DNA from: an uncultured candidatus Brocadiaceae bacterium
GTDB taxonomy: Bacteria; Planctomycetota; UBA1135; UBA2386
Direction: 5' to 3'
Assembly: GCA_964392305.1 (NCBI GenBank)
Contig: CAYMPV010000029.1
Location: 3,171 to 67,170 of the forward strand
DNA: 64,000 nucleotides
Numbering within the stretch: the stretch's first letter is position 1; each line of letters starts with the position of its first letter. The translations under genes were made by a program, and so were the position numbers. This document shows, one piece after another, positions 1-8,509 of this stretch. The notes beneath the pieces were generated by a model. The model saw only the letters and a program-made list of their open reading frames with translations. It searched no databases and had not been told where the DNA came from.

Positions 1-1319
1 CGCAGCGAACTGCGCACATCGGCAGCGATCTGGTCCTCGCTCTGTTCGCGGTTGCGCACCGCCAGATCGAACGCGATCAGCGACGACCGGTAGGCGTTGC
101 GTTCGACCAGCTTGTCGAGCGCCAGGTCGAGTTCGAAGCCGGCCGACCAGTTGACGCGCGACCAGTCGAGGTTGAGGTCCTTGCCCGACTCCGAGGGCAC
201 GTTCAGCGCCGCGGTGAAGTCCAGCGACATCTCGAGGGCATCTTCGCTGACCAGGATGCGGCGGCCGGCGTCCTCGACCGAGTCGACCACCGTCTGGTGG
301 TCGTAGCGACGTTGCAGGGCCAGGGCGATCGCCGTCGTCTCCTCGAGTTCGATGGTCTCGACCCCGATCGCCACCAGTCGCTGCAGTTCATCCGGGTCCA
401 GGTCGACGTGAGCGGTGACCGGCAGGCCCAGCGTGATCTTGAACCGGTCCATCGCCACTTCCAGGCGGTTCTTGGCGTCGACGCGGGCGACGTCGGCCGA
501 GTATTCGCTCTGCATGGCGCGGCCGAGGTCGGTCACGGTCTTGCGACCGGCCTTGTAGAGTTCCTCGATCTGCTCGCGCGACTGGTTCTGGCTGCGGTAG
601 TTGGCTTCGACGTTGACCAGGTCGGTCATCTGGCGGACCACGTTCCAGTATTCGCTGACCACCACGATCGAGAAGTCGGCGCGGAAGCGTTCGAAGTCCC
701 GTACCGCGTAGACCACGTCACGTTCGGCCTGGGTCAGCGGTTCGCGCACGATGCGCTCACCGGCGCCTCGGAGCAGCGGCTGGGTCAGCGTCAGGTTGAG
801 GATCGAACCGCCGTCGAACCCACCGCCGTGGATCAGCGACCGCATGAAGGTGTTGAAGAAGCTCGCGACGACGCGCGTGCCGGCCACGGTGTTGACCGAT
901 GCCGACAGGTTGTTGCTGAGATCCGCGTCGGCGGTGTCGTCGCTTTCACCCGAGACCTCGCCGGAGGCCACGTCGGAGAAGCGCAACGCGAAGTTGTGCT
1001 GCTCGCGGGTCAGGCTCAGCGCCGCGAGGTAGAGCGACTCCTTCTGGCGCTGGAATTCGCGACTGTTCTCGGCGGCGACGTCCAGGGCCTGGAACAGGTC
1101 GAGCCGGACCGGTTCCTTGCCGTTCAGCAGCCGGTTGCGCAGGGTGTCGATCGGCCGATCGAGCTGGTGCGTGGTCGGTGCGCCGGTGACCTGCTCTGCG
1201 ACCTTGGCGAGGATGCCGTAGACCTGCTCGTCAGCAGAGTCGCGGCTCGTCGAGGGTGACCAACAGGCGGTCAACAGGATGACGGCGGAGAGGACGGGGA
1301 CGAAAGCTCGTGAAGACAC
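1..1319 (-). CDS. TolC-family outer-membrane efflux protein, lipoprotein-type signal; C-terminus runs off the left edge
   Basis: Absent from the ORF track because no stop lies inside the window. My reverse-strand translation from GTG at 1319 reads VSSRAFVPVLSAVILLTAC (lipobox). It continues LDLFQALDVAAENSREFQRQKESLYLAALSLTREQHNF and later EANYRSQNQSREQIEELYKAGRKTVTDLGRAMQSEY, a duplicated OEP/TolC-like pattern. The opposite 297..1259 + ORF is Arg/Gly/Asp-rich antisense noise. Start codon uncertain. Confidence 0.7.
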   Translation of the reverse strand, partial: MSSRAFVPVLSAVILLTACWSPSTSRDSADEQVYGILAKVAEQVTGAPTTHQLDRPIDTLRNRLLNGKEPVRLDLFQALDVAAENSREFQRQKESLYLAALSLTREQHNFALRFSDVASGEVSGESDDTADADLSNNLSASVNTVAGTRVVASFFNTFMRSLIHGGGFDGGSILNLTLTQPLLRGAGERIVREPLTQAERDVVYAVRDFERFRADFSIVVVSEYWNVVRQMTDLVNVEANYRSQNQSREQIEELYKAGRKTVTDLGRAMQSEYSADVARVDAKNRLEVAMDRFKITLGLPVTAHVDLDPDELQRLVAIGVETIELEETTAIALALQRRYDHQTVVDSVEDAGRRILVSEDALEMSLDFTAALNVPSESGKDLNLDWSRVNWSAGFELDLALDKLVERNAYRSSLIAFDLAVRNREQSEDQIAADVRSSL

Positions 1320-1479
1320 GCGGGGGGCAGGCAATGGGTCGCAGGCAGAGGGCTACTGACGTTCGTTGTGACGATCGGTGTAGACGCAGACCCGTATTTT
1401 TTCTCCCCCACGGAAGGACTGTTACTACCATAGGACGCGTGGCGGTTGCTGGATACGAAGCCCGAGGGTCGGCGAGGGC

Positions 1480-2151
1480 ATGGTCTCCATCTTGATCACC
1501 GCGGGCCCCACCCGCGAGTACCTCGACGACGTGCGTTACCTGAGCAATGGCAGCTCGGGCCGCATGGGGTGCGCCCTCGCTGCGGCGGCGTTGGCATCGG
1601 GCCATGCCGCCACCCTCGTGCTCGGCCCAGTCGATGTTTCGCCGCCGGCAGGTGCCCTGGTGCACGAAGTGGTTTCGGCGCTGGCGATGCAAGCTGCGGC
1701 CGAACGCGCATTCGCGACCGCGGATGTCGTGCTGGCCGCGGCGGCAGTGGCCGATTGGCGTCCGGCGCAGCGGTTGCCCGGCAAACCGGCTCGCGCGGCC
1801 GGCTCCTGGCAGCTCGAGCTCGTGCCCAACCCCGACATCGTCGCCGGCCTGGCCGCACACAAGGGCGGCCGCGTCGTCGCCGGCTTCGCGCTCGAGTCGA
1901 CCGCCGCGGGTTTGTCCGCGGCAATCGCTCGCGGTCGCGACAAGCTGGTCCGCAAGGGCCTGGATCTCGTCGTCGTCAACCTGCACGACGCGATCGGCAG
2001 CGACGACAGCGAGGTGGTGCTCTGTTTCGCCGATGGCCGCGACGAAGCGTTGCCGCGGCAGGACAAGTCGACGACCGCGGGGCGCATCGTCGCGGCCGCG
2101 GTCGAGCTCTGGCGCGAGCAGCCGGGGCGACCAGGAACGACCAACCGATGA
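1480..2151 (+). CDS. coaB: phosphopantothenate-cysteine ligase, stand-alone CoaB domain (no CoaC half)
   Basis: ATG at 1480. ILITAGPTREYLDDVRYLSNGSSGRMG matches the CoaB signature of Dfp/CoaBC. AAAVADWRP and LVPNPDIV match further on. At 223 aa there is no flavoprotein decarboxylase domain. Confidence 0.85.
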   Translation: MVSILITAGPTREYLDDVRYLSNGSSGRMGCALAAAALASGHAATLVLGPVDVSPPAGALVHEVVSALAMQAAAERAFATADVVLAAAAVADWRPAQRLPGKPARAAGSWQLELVPNPDIVAGLAAHKGGRVVAGFALESTAAGLSAAIARGRDKLVRKGLDLVVVNLHDAIGSDDSEVVLCFADGRDEALPRQDKSTTAGRIVAAAVELWREQPGRPGTTNR

Positions 2152-2176
2152 AAGGCAGCAACTTGAAGGCAGCACC

Positions 2177-4942
2177 GTGAGCAAGGCCGTTACCGTGGAA
2201 TCCGAACCGAAGCCGCGCAAGCGGGGCACCCGCTTCGTGCCCCTCGAAGACGTGCCCGGGCCGGGCCTGTCGCAGCGCGCGCGTGAGGTCGTCGCCCTGG
2301 CGCTGTGCGGCGTGGCGCTCTACGCGATGCTGTGCCTGGCGACGTTCCGGCTCGCCGGCCTCGACGCCCCGGTGCCGACCGGCGGCATGCAGAACCTCGG
2401 CGGCGCCGTCGGCTACTACCTCGCGCACGGCTTCGCACGCACGCTGGGGTTGGCCGGCTGGGTGCCGTGGTTGCTGCTGCTCGGCGGCGCGATGGCGCTG
2501 TTCCTCGGTCGCTCGGTCAACCGCCTCGTGATCAAGGTGCTGGGCGCGGTGGTGTTCTCGGCGATGTTGGCGATCTTGTTCGCCGGCGCCGACGGCCGCG
2601 CCGGCGTCCGTGAGATCACTCCTTGGGGTGCGGGCGGCGTCTTCGGCGCCTTCCTGTCGCCGCGGCTCGAGGCCGCGTTCGGCGGCACCGGCCGCCTGCT
2701 GCTCGTCGGCTTCGGTTCGCTGGTGTCGTTCCTGCTCGCGACCGAGTGGATGTTCTCGCAGTTGCTGTTGCGCGCCGTCGCCGCGCTCGAGGTGCTGTGG
2801 CGGCGGTTGCGTCGGCAGCCTCGGGCCCTGGCTGTCGGTGGCGAGGTCGGTGCCGATGTCGCCGCGTTGCTCGACGAGGTCGAAGAGGAGGCGCCGCGGC
2901 GATCCCGTCGTGTGCGCAGCAAGGAGCTGCCATGGGTCGACGACGCGGTCGATGCGGCAAGCGCCGGCGACGATGGCGAGACCGCGGCGGTGAGTGTCGA
3001 CGACGAGGACGACGAGTCGAACACGACGTTGCCGACCAGGCGTCGGCGTCGCGGCAAGCGGGCCGCGACAGCGGGCGCAGACGACGAGTCCGATGGCAAC
3101 ACCACGGGCCAGGATGACGAAGACGTCGCCGCGCCCACCGAGCCGGAAGCCGGTGAGGTCGCCGATGCGGAAGATCCCCCGGCACCCGCGCGCGAACCTT
3201 CGGCCCCCGAAGTGCCGATCGTCATTCGGGCGCGCCCCAAGCCCAAGCCGCGGCCGCGCAAGGCGGCGCAGTCGACGCTGCCGTTCGACGAGGCCTATCC
3301 GTTCCCGCCGATCGAGCTGTTCCAGGAGTCGTTGCAGAACGACGTCACCGAAACCTCCGAGGTGCTGCAGCGGGGCGGCGAGGCGATCGTCAGCAAGCTG
3401 GCCAACTTCAACATGAAGTGCGAGATCGTCGCCGCTTCGGTCGGGCCGGCGGTGACGCAGTACGAACTCCGCCTCGAGGAAGGCATCCGGGTCAACAAGC
3501 TGCAGGGCTTCGAACTCGACCTCGCGGCCGCGCTCAAGGCGGTGTCGGTGCGCGTCGTCGCGCCGATCCCGGGCCGGGACACGATCGGCATCGAAGTGCC
3601 CAACAGCTCGCGGCAGAAGGTGTTCATGCGCGACCTGCTCGAGCAGTTCGGGCGCAGCGAGGACAAGGCCATTCCCCTGTTCCTGGGCAAGGACGTCGCC
3701 GGCAATCCGATCGTCGAGGACCTGGCGCGCATGCCGCACCTGTTGATCGCCGGCACGACGGGTTCGGGCAAGTCGGTCTGCATCAACACGATCCTGCTGT
3801 CGATCCTGATGACGCGCACGCCGCGGCAGGTGCAGCTGATCCTGGTCGATCCGAAGATGGTCGAGCTGCAGGCCTACAAGCAGGTGCCGCACCTGTGTTG
3901 CGACGTCGTCACCAACATGAAGAAGGCGCCGGCGGTGCTGCAGTGGGCCGTCGACGAGATGGAGAACCGCTACGCGATGTTGTCGGCCGCCGGCGTCAAC
4001 CACATCAAGAACTACAACCGCCTCGGCGAGCAGGAGCTCAAGAAGCGGTTGCAGCGCGATCCGCCGCCCGAGCGCATCCATCTGCCCTACATCGTGATCG
4101 TCATCGACGAGTTCGCCGATCTGATGAACGTGGCGCAGAACGAGGTCGAGGAGTCGATCCAGCGCCTGGCGCAGAAGTCTCGCGCCGTCGGCATGCACGT
4201 GATCCTGGCGACCCAACGCCCCAGCAGCGACGTGATCACGGGCATCATCAAGGCCAACCTGCCGTGCCAGGTCGCCTTCAAGGTCAACCGCAAGATCGAC
4301 TCGCGCGTGATCCTCGACAGCAACGGCGCCGAGAAGTTGCTCGGCCACGGCGACATGCTCTACATGCCGCCGGGCGGCGCGGCGCTGATTCGCGCCCAGG
4401 GCACGTTCGTCGCCGACGACGAACAGCAGTCGGTGGTCCGGTTCCTCGAGGAACACGGTCAGCGGCCGAGCTTCAATCCCGCGTTGGTGCAGACGCAGAC
4501 CAGTTCGCGCTCGTCGGGCGCCAGCCGCGACGAGCTCTATCCCAAGGCAGTCGAGGTCATTCTTGGGCAGCAGCGCGGTTCGGCGACGCTGATCCAGCGC
4601 GCGCTCGGCGTCGGTTACACGCGGGCCACGCGGCTGCTCGAGCTGATGGAGGAGGACGGCCTGGTCGGCGCGTTCGTGGGCGCCAAGGCCCGCGAGGTGC
4701 TGATGACCCTCGAGGAGTACCAGCAGCGTGAGATGCTGCTCGAGGAAGAACTCGCGGCGATCGACGCCGGCGAAGCGCCTTTCGACGTCGAGGAAGCCGA
4801 CGGCGCGGCCGCGACCGCGGTCCTCGAGGAAGGTGACGAGGTCGACGAACCGGGTGAGCTGGCCGACCCGGCTGACGACACCGCGGGTGACGAGGCGCCC
4901 GGTGACGACGACGAGCGGGTCGTGTCCGGGGGCTCCGCGTGA
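2177..4942 (+). CDS. ftsK: DNA translocase FtsK/SpoIIIE
   Basis: In-frame GTG at 2177 inside the longer 1547..4942 track ORF, whose upstream part is Arg-rich noise overlapping coaB. N-terminal TM segments and an acidic/Pro-rich linker. Motor motifs HLLIAGTTGSGKSV (Walker A), YIVIVIDEFADL (Walker B), ILATQRPS. C-terminal gamma wHTH: RGSATLIQRALGVGYTRATRLLELMEEDGLVG. Confidence 0.95.
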   Translation: MSKAVTVESEPKPRKRGTRFVPLEDVPGPGLSQRAREVVALALCGVALYAMLCLATFRLAGLDAPVPTGGMQNLGGAVGYYLAHGFARTLGLAGWVPWLLLLGGAMALFLGRSVNRLVIKVLGAVVFSAMLAILFAGADGRAGVREITPWGAGGVFGAFLSPRLEAAFGGTGRLLLVGFGSLVSFLLATEWMFSQLLLRAVAALEVLWRRLRRQPRALAVGGEVGADVAALLDEVEEEAPRRSRRVRSKELPWVDDAVDAASAGDDGETAAVSVDDEDDESNTTLPTRRRRRGKRAATAGADDESDGNTTGQDDEDVAAPTEPEAGEVADAEDPPAPAREPSAPEVPIVIRARPKPKPRPRKAAQSTLPFDEAYPFPPIELFQESLQNDVTETSEVLQRGGEAIVSKLANFNMKCEIVAASVGPAVTQYELRLEEGIRVNKLQGFELDLAAALKAVSVRVVAPIPGRDTIGIEVPNSSRQKVFMRDLLEQFGRSEDKAIPLFLGKDVAGNPIVEDLARMPHLLIAGTTGSGKSVCINTILLSILMTRTPRQVQLILVDPKMVELQAYKQVPHLCCDVVTNMKKAPAVLQWAVDEMENRYAMLSAAGVNHIKNYNRLGEQELKKRLQRDPPPERIHLPYIVIVIDEFADLMNVAQNEVEESIQRLAQKSRAVGMHVILATQRPSSDVITGIIKANLPCQVAFKVNRKIDSRVILDSNGAEKLLGHGDMLYMPPGGAALIRAQGTFVADDEQQSVVRFLEEHGQRPSFNPALVQTQTSSRSSGASRDELYPKAVEVILGQQRGSATLIQRALGVGYTRATRLLELMEEDGLVGAFVGAKAREVLMTLEEYQQREMLLEEELAAIDAGEAPFDVEEADGAAATAVLEEGDEVDEPGELADPADDTAGDEAPGDDDERVVSGGSA

Positions 4943-5097
4943 GGCGCGGGGGCTCTCGATGGCGTGCCCTTCAGGCACCCATTGCGGTCGTGCATGTTGC
5001 CGGCCGCAGTTGCTTGTAGGTCGGCGGCGACCTCGTTAGAGTCCGCCCGGTCGTCCGATGTGACCGGACGGTTGGGACCGACGCCCGTGGAGGGGCC

Positions 5098-6876
5098 ATG
5101 ACCGTGAATCTGCCGGGCCAGCAAGAGAGCGATAGTTCGTCGCGCACCGTCGCCGAGCGGCTGATGCCGTTGCTGCCCATCGGGCTGGCGATGTTCACGT
5201 TGTCGGCGCTGCTCTACTACCACCTGCGCCACGACGCCCTCGATGTGCAGTCGCCGCTGCAGTTGCTGGTCGCCTGGGTCTACCGCAGTTTCGGCTTCGC
5301 CCCGGCGTTCCTCGGGTTCCTGCTGCTGCTGACCTGGGGTTCGATCTGGTTCGTCACCGGGGCCTGCGAGCGACCGCTCGCGCGGCTGGGCCGTCTGTTC
5401 GCGATGGTGGTCATGCTCGGCGTGTTCTTGAACCTCGGCGACGGGGGCGTCAGCCCGGCGTTCCACAAGGGTGAGTTGGGCGCGTGGCTGGGTGGCGTTC
5501 TGGTGGCGACCATCGGCTATTACCCGAGCCTGATCGCGGTCTGGGCGATCACGGTCGCAGCGCTGTTGCTGGCGACCGACTTCTTCTTCCGCGACGCGTT
5601 CGAGAGGTTGCGCGAGTCGGGCCGCGGCGAGGCGGGCGTCGAGGCGGAAGTCACCGATCACCTCAAGGGTCTTGCGGCCAGTTCTCTGCAGCCGCGCCCG
5701 TCCTCCGCCACCGCCATGCCGAGAACCGTGGCCGGCGATGCCGCGGCAGGCGTCGGTGGCCGCGATCGCGCCCAGTGGGGTGCCGCGGCGGTGGCTGGTG
5801 CTGCGGCGAACGATGCCGCGGACGTTGGTGACGAGGTCGTGCCCGAGGTGTTCGTCGGCGTCGACGACGACGAGGTCGAGGTGCAGCCTGAAGTCGAGGA
5901 TGTCGAGGCGCAGCTGCCGGCGAGTCCGTCGCGCCGTGTCTCCTACTTCGAGCGCCGCCGCGAAGCGCCGCCGCTCGACGAGGAGGACGGTGGCTGGGTG
6001 CCTCGCGCGCCCGAGAATCAGGACATCGACAATCCCGAGATCGAGACCGAAGCGCCCACTGCGACGGCCGGGGCCGACGCGGTCGTTGCCGACGAAGTTG
6101 ACGACGAACAGGAGATCTTCGTCGTCGATGAACAGGTCGACGAAGTCGATGAACAGGTCGACGAACACGTTGGGCGAGGTGATCCGGGCGTGCCGCGTTC
6201 GTTGGCGGCCGACTGGTTCGGTGAGGGGCTCCGGCAGGGCCGCGAGGAGTCGATCCAGCCCGGGGCGGAAGACGTTCGCGGCGACGTCGAGGACGACGAG
6301 GCGCGGGCGGAGCCGGCGCCCGAAACGGACGCGAACGCCGCGTCGGTTGGCGACCTTGTTCCCGAGTCGACCTCCGAGTCCTGGGAGCCACCGGTTGCCC
6401 TGTCGCGGCCAGAACCTCTTGCGGCGATCGACGGCCCGGGGAGCGCGTGGGGCGAGCGGGCAGCAGACGCCGCTGATGAGCAGTTCGCCGACGAAGATGC
6501 GTTGGAGGAAGCGCTCGACGAAGATGCGTTGGACGAAGAGCCTGACGCCGGCAAGGACCCCGTGGATGTGCCACGCACGGCACGTGTGACCGACGAGTCC
6601 GATCGCGAGGTCGAGCCCACGGTTTCCATTCCGCGGTTGTCGACCCCGCCGCAGGTGCCCGCCCGCCAGCAGCGCCTGTTCGGTGAGCAACTCGACGAGA
6701 CGCTCGTCGAAGACGCGACGCGGCTCGTGCTCGAATCGCGTCGTGCCACGGCCGCGATGCTGCAGCGCAAGCTGCGTGTCGAGTTCGACACGGCGCGGCA
6801 GCTGCTGGCCGAGCTGGCGAGACGGGGCATCCTCGAACTCGACGAGGACGCCGTGCAGGGTCGTCTGCTGCGCTAG
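5098..6876 (+). CDS. FtsK-like membrane protein lacking the ATPase motor (FtsK-type N-terminal TM domain, acidic linker, gamma-like wHTH)
   Basis: ATG at 5098 preceded by GGAGGGG. The N-terminus has about 4-5 hydrophobic segments arranged like the FtsK N-domain. A long Asp/Glu-rich linker carries in-frame tandem duplications. The C-terminus RRATAAMLQRKLRVEFDTARQLLAELARRGIL parallels the FtsK gamma domain. No Walker A/B motif. Confidence 0.7.
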   Translation: MTVNLPGQQESDSSSRTVAERLMPLLPIGLAMFTLSALLYYHLRHDALDVQSPLQLLVAWVYRSFGFAPAFLGFLLLLTWGSIWFVTGACERPLARLGRLFAMVVMLGVFLNLGDGGVSPAFHKGELGAWLGGVLVATIGYYPSLIAVWAITVAALLLATDFFFRDAFERLRESGRGEAGVEAEVTDHLKGLAASSLQPRPSSATAMPRTVAGDAAAGVGGRDRAQWGAAAVAGAAANDAADVGDEVVPEVFVGVDDDEVEVQPEVEDVEAQLPASPSRRVSYFERRREAPPLDEEDGGWVPRAPENQDIDNPEIETEAPTATAGADAVVADEVDDEQEIFVVDEQVDEVDEQVDEHVGRGDPGVPRSLAADWFGEGLRQGREESIQPGAEDVRGDVEDDEARAEPAPETDANAASVGDLVPESTSESWEPPVALSRPEPLAAIDGPGSAWGERAADAADEQFADEDALEEALDEDALDEEPDAGKDPVDVPRTARVTDESDREVEPTVSIPRLSTPPQVPARQQRLFGEQLDETLVEDATRLVLESRRATAAMLQRKLRVEFDTARQLLAELARRGILELDEDAVQGRLLR

Positions 6877-6938
6877 CTGGGTCGTCTGCTGCGCCAGCGG
6901 GCCGCCTGCTGCGCCAGCGGGTCGTCTGCTGCGTTGGC
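6858..6938 (+). repeat. four tandem 20-21 bp direct repeats (GGGTCGTCTGCTGCGCYAGC-like) spanning the stop codon of the FtsK-like gene
   Basis: Copies at 6858-6878, 6879-6898, 6899-6918 and 6919-6938. Copy 1 contains the last codons (GRLLR) and the TAG stop. Copies 2-4 are non-coding and lie upstream of dnaB. Confidence 0.9.
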
Positions 6939-7062
6939 GATTCACCGGCTGGCCCGTGGCGCCCGCTGGTTTTCCCCAGGACTCCACTCAAACTCACAAC
7001 CACTACACCGGCTCGCGGCTTGCGCGTGCGGTGCCGGCGGCTACAGAAGTGTGCCGCGTTCC

Positions 7063-8412
7063 ATGGTCGACCTCCGGCAGACGTTCGATGGGCGGGGTGT
7101 GCCCCAGAATCTCGAGGCAGAGCGCTCCGTGCTGGGCGCGCTGCTGCTGCATTCCGACGCCGTCGCCGACGTGACGTTCCTCAAGGCCGAGGACTTCTAC
7201 CTGCCGCGGCACCAGCTGATCTTCGAATCGATCATCGAGACGTTCAATCGCAAGAACGCCACCGACCCGATCGCGGTCGGCGAGCAGTTGCAGCGCATGG
7301 GGCGGTTCGACGAGGTGGGTGGGCATCCGCAGCTGCTCGACCTGATGGAGAGCGTGGTCACGGCCGCAGGTGTCCTGCACCACGCCGAGATCGTGCGCGA
7401 GAAGGCGATCAGCCGGCGCCTGCTCGAGACCTGCCTGGACGTGGCCCGGCGCGCCTACCAGAACGAGGAGGAGGCCAAGACCCTGCTCGACGAGGCCGAG
7501 CGGCAGATCTTCGAGATCTCGCGCATGGACAAGAGCGGCGAGGCGATCAGCATCAGCGACGTGCTGCAGTCGACCTTCGAACGCATCGACCGGCTGCGTG
7601 AACGCGAAGGCCGCCTCACCGGCCTGGGCACCGATTACTACGACTTCGACGACATGACCGGGGGCCTGCAGCCCGGGGAACTGATCATCGTCGCGGCGCG
7701 CCCGTCGATGGGCAAGACGAGCTTCGCGCTCAACCTCACCGAACGCGTCGCCAATCACCGCGCCGCGGTGGCGTTCTTCTCGCTCGAAATGTCGAACCAG
7801 CAGGTGATCCAGAACATGCTGTGCTGCCGCTCGCAGATCGACGGTCAGGCGATGCGCAAGGGTCGGATCACGGACCAGCAGTACCGGCGGCTGCAGGAGG
7901 AGGCGGCGCGGCTCTACGAGGTGCCGATCTACGTCGACGACACGCCGGGTCTGTCGATCACACAACTGCGCGCCAAGTGCCGGCGCCTCAAGCAGAAGCA
8001 CGGCATCGACATGGTCGTGGTCGACTACCTGCAGCTGATGTCCGCGGGTGGCCGCGTCGAGAGCCGTCAGCAGGAGATCTCGACGATCTCGCGCGGTCTG
8101 AAAGGCATCGCGCGCGAGCTGTCGGTGCCCGTGATCGCGCTCTCGCAGCTCAACCGCGACGTCGAGAACCGCGACGATCACCGGCCGCGCATGAGCGACC
8201 TGCGTGAGTCGGGTGCGATCGAACAGGACGCGGACGTGATCATCCTGCTGCACCGCGACGAGTACTTCAAACCGACCGAGCAGAACGCCGGTCTCGCCCA
8301 GATCATCATCGCCAAGCAACGCAACGGCCCGACCGGCGAGGTCGTGCTGCGCTTCTTTCGCGAGTACATGCGCTTCGAGAACTTCACGCGTCGCGCCGAG
8401 CCGATGCAGTGA
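7063..8412 (+). CDS. dnaB: replicative DNA helicase DnaB
   Basis: Internal ATG at 7063 gives MVDLRQTFDGRGVPQNLEAERSVLGALLL, a typical DnaB N-terminus. PSMGKTSFALN (Walker A), VVVDYLQLM, EISRGLKGIARELSVPVIALSQLNR and IIAKQRNGPTG follow. No intein. Confidence 0.95.
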   Translation: MVDLRQTFDGRGVPQNLEAERSVLGALLLHSDAVADVTFLKAEDFYLPRHQLIFESIIETFNRKNATDPIAVGEQLQRMGRFDEVGGHPQLLDLMESVVTAAGVLHHAEIVREKAISRRLLETCLDVARRAYQNEEEAKTLLDEAERQIFEISRMDKSGEAISISDVLQSTFERIDRLREREGRLTGLGTDYYDFDDMTGGLQPGELIIVAARPSMGKTSFALNLTERVANHRAAVAFFSLEMSNQQVIQNMLCCRSQIDGQAMRKGRITDQQYRRLQEEAARLYEVPIYVDDTPGLSITQLRAKCRRLKQKHGIDMVVVDYLQLMSAGGRVESRQQEISTISRGLKGIARELSVPVIALSQLNRDVENRDDHRPRMSDLRESGAIEQDADVIILLHRDEYFKPTEQNAGLAQIIIAKQRNGPTGEVVLRFFREYMRFENFTRRAEPMQ

Positions 8413-8509
8413 GCCGGAGCAATGACGTGACTCCACAGGTTGACGCAAGACCGGTTGCAGCGAGTCAGGTCGACCAGACGCCACGGGCCGTTGTCGTGAG
8501 CCGACCATC

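Noticed and set aside
297-1259. 320-aa plus-strand ORF at the left edge
   Set aside because: The reverse strand gives a continuous TolC-like protein with a lipobox. That protein is missing from the track only because its stop is outside the window.
6858-6938. Tandem repeats considered as a possible mini-CRISPR array (also the array at 51723-51792)
   Set aside because: The units abut one another with no spacers, are only 14-21 bp long, and no cas genes are present.
1976-6987. 1000-aa and 790-aa minus-strand ORFs opposite ftsK and the ftsK-like gene
   Set aside because: They show no motifs and have extreme Arg/Gly/Leu composition. The plus-strand genes carry Walker motifs and gamma domains.
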